Source: an uncultured Spirochaetaceae bacterium (GTDB lineage: Bacteria; Spirochaetota; Spirochaetia; Sphaerochaetales; Sphaerochaetaceae). Taken from it: a DNA stretch of 64,000 nt. Every line of letters starts with the position of its first letter. Position 1 is the stretch's first letter. The DNA lies in assembly GCA_964453215.1 (NCBI GenBank), contig CAYVRR010000003.1, positions 8,655-72,654 on the forward strand. Reading direction: 5' to 3'. Both the position numbers and the translations under genes were made by a program. This document shows, piece by piece, positions 29,495 to 38,360 of the stretch. The notes below the pieces were generated by a model that was given only the letters and a program-made list of their open reading frames with translations, made no database searches and was not told where the DNA came from.

Positions 29495-31039
29495 CTATTT
29501 TTGTAGGCTTTTCACTAATTCATATGAATCATCTTTTAGGTGTTCATACGTTTTTACATATTGATTGACGTAGAGTTCATACAAGGCAGTATATTCTTTA
29601 TTTGGTTCAACTACCCTTTCTATTTCGACCATGGTTTTTGCAGCTTCTTGAATCGATGGGTAAATTCCTGCAGCAACAGTTGCAGCAATTGCACTACCGA
29701 GTGTTACTGCTTGTTGCTCTTTTGGAACAATGATGTTTTTCCCAAGTACATCTGCATGGATTTGTAACCAAAGTGGACTTTGGGCAGCTCCTCCACAGAT
29801 GATGATTTCATCGATATAGATTCCACCCTCTTCCATTACATCAAGAATGACTTTGGTTCCATATACTACCCCCTCCATAATTGCTCTAAAGATATGGCTA
29901 GGAGTATGTCGTAAGGAGAGTCCACGTATTACCCCTCTTGAATAGGGATCAACATAGGGAGTTCTGTTTCCTTGCCAGTGCTCTAACACAACTAGTCCTT
30001 CGGACCCTGGTGGAAGAGTAGAGGCCATTTCATCAAGGAGTTTATAGACAGATATGCCTCTTTCTCGTGCTTCTTTAGTGATTCTCTCGTTCACAAAGTT
30101 ATCTTTAAACCATTTTAAAATACACCCTGTGCTAATTTGTCCAGCTTCAACTACTTCATATCCATCAATGATGGCATTGGGGAATGTTCCAAATAGGCCT
30201 GGTTTGTGAAGTTCTTTGTCAGTTATTCCAATGTGTAGTTGAGAAGAACCTGTAATGAGGGCAAGTTTTCCACTCTCTAATGCGTTAACCCCTATTACCC
30301 CCATATAAGCATCTGCGGCCCCCCCAGCTACGGGAATCCCCTCTTTTAGTCCTGTAAGAGTTGCTATTTCTTTGCTAAGGGGGCCAACAACTTCTCCTAC
30401 CTTTACTATCCTCTTTGGAAGTTTTTCAAAGATATCACCTAGTCCTATTTTTTCATACAAAGAAACAGGGAATCCCCCTTTATTCTCATTATAGAACCAT
30501 CGAATTGAGACGGTGTTTATGTTGGCTGTTATGAGGTTTGTGAGGCGATATGCAAGGTAGTCAGTGTGTTCAAAAATTGTGGCAGCTTGTGTATAGATCT
30601 CTGGTTCCCATTTTTTTACCCATAGGTTTTTACATGGAAACCACTCTGGTGAGACTTTACTAAAACCTACATATTCTAAGGCTTCATCACCACATTGAGC
30701 TATTTCAACTGCTTCATCGGCGGCTCTGATATCCATCCACATGATAGCATCTCGAAGTGGTTTACCCATTTCATCTAAATAGACAACTGTGCAGCTTGTT
30801 CCATCAAGGCCAATTCCTTCGATTTGTTCTGGTTTAATATCACAATCTTTAAATGCATTTTGTATTGCTTCTATTAATGAATTATCCCACGCTTCAATGC
30901 TTTGCTCTCCCCAGCCAGGATTTCTGTGTATGAGGGTATTTTCAGAGAGTCCAAAGCTCAAACATTCACCTAACTCATCATAAATACCAGCTCGAATACT
31001 CTCTGTCCCTGCATCAATTCCCATAACATACTTTTTCAT
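29495..31039 (-). CDS. FGGY-family carbohydrate kinase
   Basis: GIDAGTESIR N-terminal and GGAAQSPLWLQIHADVLG C-terminal FGGY signatures. The ATG at 31039 has GGAG 6 nt upstream; the track ORF begins at 31051. Confidence 0.8.
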   Translation of the reverse strand: MKKYVMGIDAGTESIRAGIYDELGECLSFGLSENTLIHRNPGWGEQSIEAWDNSLIEAIQNAFKDCDIKPEQIEGIGLDGTSCTVVYLDEMGKPLRDAIMWMDIRAADEAVEIAQCGDEALEYVGFSKVSPEWFPCKNLWVKKWEPEIYTQAATIFEHTDYLAYRLTNLITANINTVSIRWFYNENKGGFPVSLYEKIGLGDIFEKLPKRIVKVGEVVGPLSKEIATLTGLKEGIPVAGGAADAYMGVIGVNALESGKLALITGSSQLHIGITDKELHKPGLFGTFPNAIIDGYEVVEAGQISTGCILKWFKDNFVNERITKEARERGISVYKLLDEMASTLPPGSEGLVVLEHWQGNRTPYVDPYSRGVIRGLSLRHTPSHIFRAIMEGVVYGTKVILDVMEEGGIYIDEIIICGGAAQSPLWLQIHADVLGKNIIVPKEQQAVTLGSAIAATVAAGIYPSIQEAAKTMVEIERVVEPNKEYTALYELYVNQYVKTYEHLKDDSYELVKSLQK

Positions 31040-31062
31040 AACACTCTCCATTGTAATTATTA

Positions 31063-31710
31063 TTAAGCTATAATTTCTGATAATGTAGCAATATTCTCTT
31101 CTATATTTCCTTTAAAAATTCCACTTCCAAGTATTGCGATATCGGCTCCTGCACTTTTTATCTCTTTTATAGTACTTTTATTTACGCCCCCATCTACTGA
31201 AACTATACAATTAGAATTTTCTTGTTCTATAATTCCACGTAAAAGTTCTATACGAGTGAGAATATTTTTATTCATATTCTGTCCCCCGACCCCTGGGTGT
31301 ACTGCAAGTAAATTAAGCTGGCTAATAGCAAAAAGGAAGGGGCGAATTACTTCGATGGGAGTCTCTAGTGTTAAACAAAGTCCAACTTTTTTATGAGATG
31401 CCTTCACCTCTTGTATTAAAGAAGTAAGATTTTTTGCACTCTCATATTGTAATAAAATCATATCTACTTTTGATGATGTAAATAGTGGGACAATAGGGAG
31501 TGGATCTATTACTGCAAGGTGTACATCATAAAACCCTTCACACTCTATTTTCGATTCATTAATTATTTGGGGACCAAATATCATATTGGGTGCAAAGTAT
31601 CCATCACACACATCAAAATGAAACTTAGAAATACCTTGTAATTGAACCTTTTTCATATCTCGTGCTATATGAGCATGGTTCGCTGCTAAAACTGACGCAC
31701 ACAGTTCCAT
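31063..31710 (-). CDS. Ribulose-phosphate 3-epimerase-family protein (SgcE/AlsE-like, divergent)
   Basis: HFDVCDGYFAPN and DVHLAV correspond to the RPE metal and substrate blocks, and VHPGVGGQ is present. AAGGAG Shine-Dalgarno sequence. Confidence 0.75.
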   Translation of the reverse strand: MELCASVLAANHAHIARDMKKVQLQGISKFHFDVCDGYFAPNMIFGPQIINESKIECEGFYDVHLAVIDPLPIVPLFTSSKVDMILLQYESAKNLTSLIQEVKASHKKVGLCLTLETPIEVIRPFLFAISQLNLLAVHPGVGGQNMNKNILTRIELLRGIIEQENSNCIVSVDGGVNKSTIKEIKSAGADIAILGSGIFKGNIEENIATLSEIIA

Positions 31711-31758
31711 TATTGCTCCTTATTATAAAAATCACCCTCATATTATACCACAATAACG

Positions 31759-31799
31759 TTACATTTGTTAATAATAGTATCATTTTTTTACATTTATCA
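31759..31799. repeat. Two direct 12-mers in the divergent promoter region (candidate operator)
   Basis: TTACATTTGTTA (31759-31770) and TTACATTTATCA (31788-31799), with starts 29 nt apart. Confidence 0.3.
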
Positions 31800-31844
31800 T
31801 CTTTTGTATTGAACTATTTCATTACAGAGATGATAATATGAGAT

Positions 31845-32390
31845 ATGAATACTACACAAATACATGAATTAGCGCAAAAGGCATACGATTTAGGGTTTCA
31901 TTACGAAAAGAAGTACAAAGGGTGTGCTCAGTGCACTATTGCTGCAGTTCTTGAAACGTTGCAACAACCTCACAAGGAGCTCTTTCAAGCAGCAAGTGGC
32001 CTTGCCGCTGGTGGTGGTGCCACATGTTCTGGCTCTTGTGGTGGTTTTGTTGGAGGGATGTTGGTATTTGGCTACTTTTGTGGGCGAAGAAGGGAGTTTT
32101 TTGATGATGATACTCCTAATAAGAGATTATGCAACCTTATGAGCCAAGAATTGGAAAAAAGGTTTGTCGATGCATATGGGTCTGTAATATGTAATCAAAT
32201 TCACTCATCGTTATTTAATAGAACATTTGATTTAACGAATCAAGAAGATAAGGATCAATTTGAAATACTTGGTGCTCACACTACAGTATGTACATCTGTA
32301 GTAGCTCTCGCTTCAAAATGGAGTATTGAGATTCTCTTTTCCCACCTTGATGAGTCTATTCTTTTAGGTAGTGAGATTTCTCAAACATAG
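31845..32390 (+). CDS. C_GCAxxG_C_C-family redox-type protein
   Basis: Cys pattern GCAQC...CSGSCGGFVGG...C...C resembles the C-GCAxxG-C-C family. 181 aa. Confidence 0.5.
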   Translation: MNTTQIHELAQKAYDLGFHYEKKYKGCAQCTIAAVLETLQQPHKELFQAASGLAAGGGATCSGSCGGFVGGMLVFGYFCGRRREFFDDDTPNKRLCNLMSQELEKRFVDAYGSVICNQIHSSLFNRTFDLTNQEDKDQFEILGAHTTVCTSVVALASKWSIEILFSHLDESILLGSEISQT

Positions 32391-32472
32391 AGACTATACA
32401 GAACGAAATGGATGTGCTATTATGTTAATAAGTTCAATATTCTTGTTCGATTAAACATAGATGGGAGTATCG

Positions 32473-33246
32473 ATGAGTACACACACAGAGCGCATTCAAT
32501 ATATCCAACATCTCATTGCTCAAGGGAAGGAAGTACAAGTAGCTACTTTATCACAAGAGCTTGAAGTATCTGAAATGACCATACGGCGTGATTTAACAGA
32601 ACTTGAACGTCTTGGTGTACTGAGAAAGGTTCACGGTGGCGCTATCAAAGAGGTTGGTAAGAATCTTGAGCCGGTATTCTCTATGCGCCTCACTCATAGG
32701 CATTCAGAAAAGAATGCTATTGGTAAGTTAGCTGTTAATATGGTTCGTGAAGGGGATACTCTTGCCATCGACAGTGGCTCTACTGCCCTTGCTTTTGCAC
32801 AGCAACTTGTAAAAATGGATAATCTTATCATTGTTACCCCAAGCATTCATATAGGGATGCTTTTTTTACACCATCCAAGTACGAGAGTTTTTCTCTCTGG
32901 TGGAGAATTACGACAACATGAAGGTTCGTTAGTTGGAGATCAAACACGGAAATTCTTTGAAAATCTCCACTTTGACAAATTTTTTATGTCCTCAGCTGGT
33001 ATTGACCATGAATATGGTCTTACTGAGTATGATATTGATGATGCAACAATTAAAAATAACATTATTAGTCAATCTAAATCTACGATAGCGTTAATGACTG
33101 ATGATAAGTTTAATAGAACAGCTTTTGCGAGGGTATGTTTTTTAAAGGAAATAAATATGCTAATTACAAATAAGTGGCCACAGGGGCCCCTTATGAGGGC
33201 ATTAAAAGATAATAAGGTTGATATACAATTAGTTTCAACCACGTAA
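32473..33246 (+). CDS. DeoR-family transcriptional regulator
   Basis: HTH LSQELEVSEMTIRRDLTELE and a DeoR C-terminal sensor domain. GGGAG lies 5 nt before the ATG at 32473; the track start is 32461. Confidence 0.8.
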   Translation: MSTHTERIQYIQHLIAQGKEVQVATLSQELEVSEMTIRRDLTELERLGVLRKVHGGAIKEVGKNLEPVFSMRLTHRHSEKNAIGKLAVNMVREGDTLAIDSGSTALAFAQQLVKMDNLIIVTPSIHIGMLFLHHPSTRVFLSGGELRQHEGSLVGDQTRKFFENLHFDKFFMSSAGIDHEYGLTEYDIDDATIKNNIISQSKSTIALMTDDKFNRTAFARVCFLKEINMLITNKWPQGPLMRALKDNKVDIQLVSTT

Positions 33247-33256
33247 GGAGTTTCTC

Positions 33257-34060
33257 ATGAAATGGATTCAAGAAGTGTTTGGCGTTAAAAAGCCTGTTAT
33301 TGCTATGTGTCACCTCCAGGCGCTCCCTGGCGACCCAATGTATGATAAGGAAAAAGGGTTAGATTATATTATTGAAGCTGCCCGTCACGACCTTTTAGCT
33401 TTGCAAGAAAATGGTGTTGATGGTGTAATGTTTTCTAATGAGTTTAGCCTCCCCTATCTCACTAAGGTTGAGCCTATTACCTATGTAACGATGGCTCGTA
33501 TTATTGGTGAACTCAAACATGAGATCAAAATTCCTCATGGTGTGAATGTGCTTTGGGATCCAAAGGCAACTATTGATTTAGCTGTAGCGACTAATTCTCT
33601 ATTTGTAAGAGAAATTTTCACTGGAGTATATGCGAGTGATTTTGGATTATGGAACACAAACTATGGTGAAGTTGCTCGTCACAGAGCAAGTATCGGTGGC
33701 AATAATGTGAAACTTCTTTTTAATATTGTTCCTGAAGCTGCTGTGTATCTTGGTGAGAGGGATATCGCATCAGTTGCTAAATCTACTGTATTTAATGCTC
33801 GTCCTGATGCCTTATGTGTTTCTGGTTTAACAGCTGGTGCTGAAACTGATGCTTCTTTCATGAAAAGGGTAAAAGATGTAGTGCCAGATACGCCTGTTTT
33901 TGCAAATACTGGGGTGAGATTAGCTAACGTAAAAGAGCAACTCGCTGTTGCCGATGGTGCTGTTACAGCAACTACATTTAAGAGAGATGGAAACTTCTAT
34001 AATGAAGTTGATGGTAAGCGTGTAAAAGAATTTATGGATGCTGTAAAGAGTATTCGCTAA
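33257..34060 (+). CDS. BtpA/SgcQ-family TIM-barrel protein
   Basis: The MCHLQALPGDP N-terminal block and overall length match the BtpA/SgcQ family. Confidence 0.7.
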   Translation: MKWIQEVFGVKKPVIAMCHLQALPGDPMYDKEKGLDYIIEAARHDLLALQENGVDGVMFSNEFSLPYLTKVEPITYVTMARIIGELKHEIKIPHGVNVLWDPKATIDLAVATNSLFVREIFTGVYASDFGLWNTNYGEVARHRASIGGNNVKLLFNIVPEAAVYLGERDIASVAKSTVFNARPDALCVSGLTAGAETDASFMKRVKDVVPDTPVFANTGVRLANVKEQLAVADGAVTATTFKRDGNFYNEVDGKRVKEFMDAVKSIR

Positions 34061-34075
34061 TAATTGGAGAAAGAT

Positions 34076-35155
34076 ATGGACCCAAGATGGGAAAAATTAG
34101 GATCACTACTAGTAAATTATTCAACAAAAGTTAAAAAGAATGAACGAGTCATCATTGCCATGACAGAACCAGCTGTGTTCCCCTTAGCCTTAGCTGTCTA
34201 TCGTGCTGTGATTAAGGCGGGGGCCTATCCGCAGGTCCAACTTCTTTCAGAAAAATTTAGAAGAGAAATTCTCACCCATGGCAATGATGAACAAATTGCC
34301 TGGGTGCCAGAATTAGAGACTCACTCTACCCTGTGGGCTGATGTATATATTGGATTAAGGGGTGCAAATAATATCTTTGAACTTCAAGATATCTCTCCCC
34401 AAACATTAGCTAAAAATCAAGCTGCAATGGGTGTTGTCTCTACCAAAAGATGGGAAAACACGAGATGGTGCCTCATTAGGGTTCCATCCGAAGCATTGGC
34501 TCAGCAAGCGAAGATGAGCTATGAAGTCCTCGAAGATATGTTTTTTGATTCTTGTTTCTTAGATTGGGAAAACGAAGATGTTCAATGGAGACATTGGGCA
34601 GATATTCTCAACAAAGGGGATAAAATTAGAATAACAGGTAACAATACAGATCTCTCTTTCTCTGTAAAGGGGAGAACGTGGATTCCATTTAGTGGTATCA
34701 ATAATATGCCAGATGGGGAGATAGCAACTGCTCCTATTACCTCTACAATAGATGGAACTATTTTCTTTGAGCGTCCTGGTATTTTAGGAGGACGATTAAT
34801 AGAAGGGATCACTCTCACATGGAAAGATGGTGTGTTAGTTGATTACAAGAGTTCAAGTGAACAAGAATATTTTGCATCAATCATAGAAAAAGATAGTGGC
34901 TCGTCCCTTATTGGGGAGTTTGCGTTTGGTACAAATAAAGGGGTCACCCATTTTTCTAATGATATTTTGTTAGATGAGAAAATTCTTGGAACTGTTCATA
35001 TTGCTCTAGGAAGAGCCTATCCTGAGTGTGGTGGTACAAATTCTTCAGCTATTCACTGGGATATTGTAAAAGATTTAAGAGATGGTGGAGAGGTTACTCT
35101 TGATGGAAAAGCTATCATAAAAGATGGGGTCATTGTACTGCCATCTATCTCATAG
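34076..35155 (+). CDS. M29 (AmpS/PepS/aminopeptidase T) family protein
   Basis: GEFAFGTN and HIALG blocks characteristic of M29. GGAG lies 6 nt before the ATG at 34076. Confidence 0.7.
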   Translation: MDPRWEKLGSLLVNYSTKVKKNERVIIAMTEPAVFPLALAVYRAVIKAGAYPQVQLLSEKFRREILTHGNDEQIAWVPELETHSTLWADVYIGLRGANNIFELQDISPQTLAKNQAAMGVVSTKRWENTRWCLIRVPSEALAQQAKMSYEVLEDMFFDSCFLDWENEDVQWRHWADILNKGDKIRITGNNTDLSFSVKGRTWIPFSGINNMPDGEIATAPITSTIDGTIFFERPGILGGRLIEGITLTWKDGVLVDYKSSSEQEYFASIIEKDSGSSLIGEFAFGTNKGVTHFSNDILLDEKILGTVHIALGRAYPECGGTNSSAIHWDIVKDLRDGGEVTLDGKAIIKDGVIVLPSIS

Positions 35156-35164
35156 GAGAGTAAA

Positions 35165-36643
35165 GTGGATACATTTCTAGGTATTGATATTGGTACAGGT
35201 TCATCCAAAGGGGTTGTTGTTGATTCAAATGGGAACGTGTTAGCAACGAGTAGTATAAGTCATACTACTGAAACCCCTTTCCCTGGTGCATATGAACATA
35301 ATGCAGATACGGTGTGGTGGAATGATGTAGTAAGTATTTCTCGAGATGTAGTATCTCAGTTATATGATAAGGGGCTTAGCGAAAAAGATATTAAAGCTCT
35401 TTGTGTAAGCTCTATTGCCCCGTGCGTCCTCCCTGTTGATAAAAAAGGGAAGCCCTTACGTAATGGAATATTATATGGAATAGATACGAGGGCTCAAGAG
35501 CAAATAGCCCGAATTGAAGAGATGATTGGCGAAGAGGCAATATTTGAGCTTAGTGGACAAAAGCTCTCTTCTCAATCTTGTGTCCCAAAGATTCTTTGGA
35601 TTAAAGAGCATGAAATTGATGTATTTCGTAATACAAGTAAATTTCTCACCTCAACTGGGTATGTTGCGTTTCGTTTAACAGGTTCATACACTGTAGATAT
35701 ATATGATGGAATTGCATATGCACCACTTTATGATATTGCTAACCACAAATGGGATAGTAGGTATGAAGATCTTCTTTTTCCAACCTCTTTATTGCCAGAA
35801 TTAAAATGGAGTAGTGAAGTTTGTGGAACTATACACAAGGAAGCTTCTATTGAAACTCTCCTCGCGCCGGGTACTCCTGTAATTGTTGGAACAGCAGATG
35901 CTGCCTCTGAAGCTATCGCGTGTGGAGTAGCGTCCGTTGGAGATATGATGATGATGTATGGGAGTTCCAACTTTTTCATTATGCCAACAGATAGACTTCA
36001 ACCTACTTCTAAGTTTTGGGCATCCCATTTCCTTCAAAAAGGCTCTACTGTTCTTACAGGTGGCATGGCTACCATAGGGAATTTGTTTAAATGGTTAAAT
36101 ACAACGTTTCCAGGGAGAACTTTTGAGCAATGGCAACAGCTGAGTGAAGATGTACCTCCTGGTGCACATGGTCTTACAATTCTCCCCTATTTTGCAGGAG
36201 AGAGAACACCATTATTTGATTCAAAAGCTAAGGGTGCTATGTTTGGTCTCACCTTACAAAGTTCAGCTGGTGATATCTACACAGCTTTCATGGAATCAGT
36301 TGGTTATGGAATACGTCATAATCTTGAGGAGCTTTCAACACTTGGAAATAGTGTGAACAGAATTGTTGCAATAGGTGGGGCAGCTCAAGATAAACAATTG
36401 ATGCAAAGGGTAACTAATATTATTGATTGTCCTCAGCAAATTCCAGATATCACCCTTGGTGCGTGTTATGGAGATGCCTTTTTAGCTGCTCTTGGTATTG
36501 GGTATTTTTCTGATATTTCTGAAATTTCACGTTGGGTTAAGATTACGCACGAATATGTTCCACAAAAAGAGTATAAAAGTGAGTATGATGAAGGGTTTAA
36601 GAAGTTTAGAAATCTCTATGAATACACAAAAACTCTTAATTAA
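35165..36643 (+). CDS. FGGY-family carbohydrate kinase (second copy)
   Basis: GIDIGTGSSKG and GGAAQDKQLMQ signatures. GTG start with GGAG upstream. Confidence 0.8.
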   Translation: MDTFLGIDIGTGSSKGVVVDSNGNVLATSSISHTTETPFPGAYEHNADTVWWNDVVSISRDVVSQLYDKGLSEKDIKALCVSSIAPCVLPVDKKGKPLRNGILYGIDTRAQEQIARIEEMIGEEAIFELSGQKLSSQSCVPKILWIKEHEIDVFRNTSKFLTSTGYVAFRLTGSYTVDIYDGIAYAPLYDIANHKWDSRYEDLLFPTSLLPELKWSSEVCGTIHKEASIETLLAPGTPVIVGTADAASEAIACGVASVGDMMMMYGSSNFFIMPTDRLQPTSKFWASHFLQKGSTVLTGGMATIGNLFKWLNTTFPGRTFEQWQQLSEDVPPGAHGLTILPYFAGERTPLFDSKAKGAMFGLTLQSSAGDIYTAFMESVGYGIRHNLEELSTLGNSVNRIVAIGGAAQDKQLMQRVTNIIDCPQQIPDITLGACYGDAFLAALGIGYFSDISEISRWVKITHEYVPQKEYKSEYDEGFKKFRNLYEYTKTLN

Positions 36644-36666
36644 ATAAGAGTTTTGTGATGTGTCTT

Positions 36667-36709
36667 TAGGGTTTCCTATTCTAAACATAGAGTGGAAACC
36701 CTATTTTTT
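36667..36709. terminator. Hairpin terminator between convergent FGGY kinase and dhaL
   Basis: 10-bp stem TAGGGTTTCC / GGAAACCCTA followed by TTTTTT. The T-run overlaps the dhaL stop codon. Confidence 0.6.
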
Positions 36710-37346
36710 ATGTAGATGTAATATAAGAGGTAAATTCGTCTATCAGTAGTGAAGCAAATGTAGCTCCAGCATCTTGGGCAGTTCTTGATTTTTCTTGGTA
36801 ATAGGCTGCCCTGCCATGTTGAGCTACCATTGTTTTAGTTAACTCCATTCCCTCTTTTGCTGCAATAGATGAGGCTTTTGCCCCGTCAACTAATGGCAGG
36901 TTAGCATCGGTAGCTTTTTGTAGTGCTTCATAGGAGGGATAGAGTGAATCAACTATGGTTTTTTCACCCACCTTAGATTTACCTCTTTCCATTATTCCTT
37001 CAACAAAATGTTTCCAAAATGTGGTATATGTGGGTAAATCAATTTCTTGAATCCCCTTTAAGGCTTTTCCACCTCTCATAAATCCTGTTCCAATGAGTGT
37101 TCCCATGGTAGAGGGGGCTGCTTTAGCCATTGCCATTCCTGATTTCATTAAGAGTGTTCCAATGTCGCTATCTGTAGAGTTAGTAGCATACTCACTAGCT
37201 GCAGCGAATGCTTTAGCCATAGTTAGTCCTAAATCTCCATCTCCCATAACACTATCTAATTCAATTAAGTACTCTTTTTTTTGATCAGTCATATCTTTTA
37301 TTTGAGTGATGAGTGTTTGAATATCTTTAAAGGTAAGTTTTTCCAT
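36708..37346 (-). CDS. dhaL: Dihydroxyacetone kinase, ADP-binding subunit DhaL
   Basis: DSVMGDGDLG motif. 212 aa. Confidence 0.85.
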   Translation of the reverse strand: MEKLTFKDIQTLITQIKDMTDQKKEYLIELDSVMGDGDLGLTMAKAFAAASEYATNSTDSDIGTLLMKSGMAMAKAAPSTMGTLIGTGFMRGGKALKGIQEIDLPTYTTFWKHFVEGIMERGKSKVGEKTIVDSLYPSYEALQKATDANLPLVDGAKASSIAAKEGMELTKTMVAQHGRAAYYQEKSRTAQDAGATFASLLIDEFTSYITST

Positions 37347-37354
37347 GATGCCTC

Positions 37355-38359
37355 CTAAAGTTGTACTTGTTCAAAAAATGGAGTATGAGCTGGCATCGCA
37401 AGATACTTCTTTAATTCATCATCAAGCTTTAGTACAGATATTGATGCGCCTGCCATTTCCATTGATGTAGCAAACTCTCCAACATATACATGGAATACTT
37501 TAATACCTTTTGTTTTTAGAATTTCATCAACTTTACGGTACATGATATAAAGCTCTTCTTTAGGAGTTGCCCCTAAGCCATTCATGAGAATAGCAACTTC
37601 ATCTCCACTCTTGTATTCATAGTCATTACAGATTGCATCAACCATTCTTTGCACGATTTCATCAGCTGTTTGTAGGGCTTCTCTCTCTATTCCTGGCTCG
37701 CCATGTATCCCCATGCCTATTTCCATTTCTCCTTGGTCTATAGTAAATGAGGGTTTTCCAACTTCTGGTACAATACAAGGTGAGAGTGCAACTCCCATAG
37801 TTCGTACAGTTGTTGCAACTTTTTCTGCTATTCGCTTAACTTCACTAAGGGAAAGTAGTGATGCCGCTGCTCCTCCTGCTATTTTATATACAAAGAAAAT
37901 TCCAGCGACTCCTCGTCTTTTATGCTCTTCCCCTTTCTTTGAAGAGGCTACATCATCACCAGCTACTACTTGAAGAACTTCAACATCCTCCATATCAGCC
38001 ATCTCTGATGCCATATCAAAGTTCATGACATCTCCACCATAATTGCCATAAATGTAAAGAACGCCTTTTCCACTATCAATAGCTTTGGTGACTTCTAACA
38101 TTTGTTCGGCACTTGGGGATTGAAAGACTCCTCCAACAGAACACCCATCAAGCATTCCGTCTCCCACATATCCTAAAAATAGTGGAAGGTGCCCAGAACC
38201 ACCACCTGTTGCTATTCCAACTTTTCCATCAACTTTTTTTGCTGTAACGATACATCGAGGATCATCGTTTACGTATGTTAATTTAGTTGGGTGTGCTGCA
38301 ATAATTCCTTGTATCATTTCATCAACAAAATCTTCTGGTTTATTTATAAATTTTTGCAT
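37355..38359 (-). CDS. dhaK: Dihydroxyacetone(-like ketose) kinase, substrate-binding subunit DhaK
   Basis: GGGSGHLP and GMGIHGEPG motifs. AAGGAG Shine-Dalgarno sequence inside the end of the upstream permease gene. Confidence 0.85.
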   Translation of the reverse strand: MQKFINKPEDFVDEMIQGIIAAHPTKLTYVNDDPRCIVTAKKVDGKVGIATGGGSGHLPLFLGYVGDGMLDGCSVGGVFQSPSAEQMLEVTKAIDSGKGVLYIYGNYGGDVMNFDMASEMADMEDVEVLQVVAGDDVASSKKGEEHKRRGVAGIFFVYKIAGGAAASLLSLSEVKRIAEKVATTVRTMGVALSPCIVPEVGKPSFTIDQGEMEIGMGIHGEPGIEREALQTADEIVQRMVDAICNDYEYKSGDEVAILMNGLGATPKEELYIMYRKVDEILKTKGIKVFHVYVGEFATSMEMAGASISVLKLDDELKKYLAMPAHTPFFEQVQL

Positions 38360-38360
38360 A

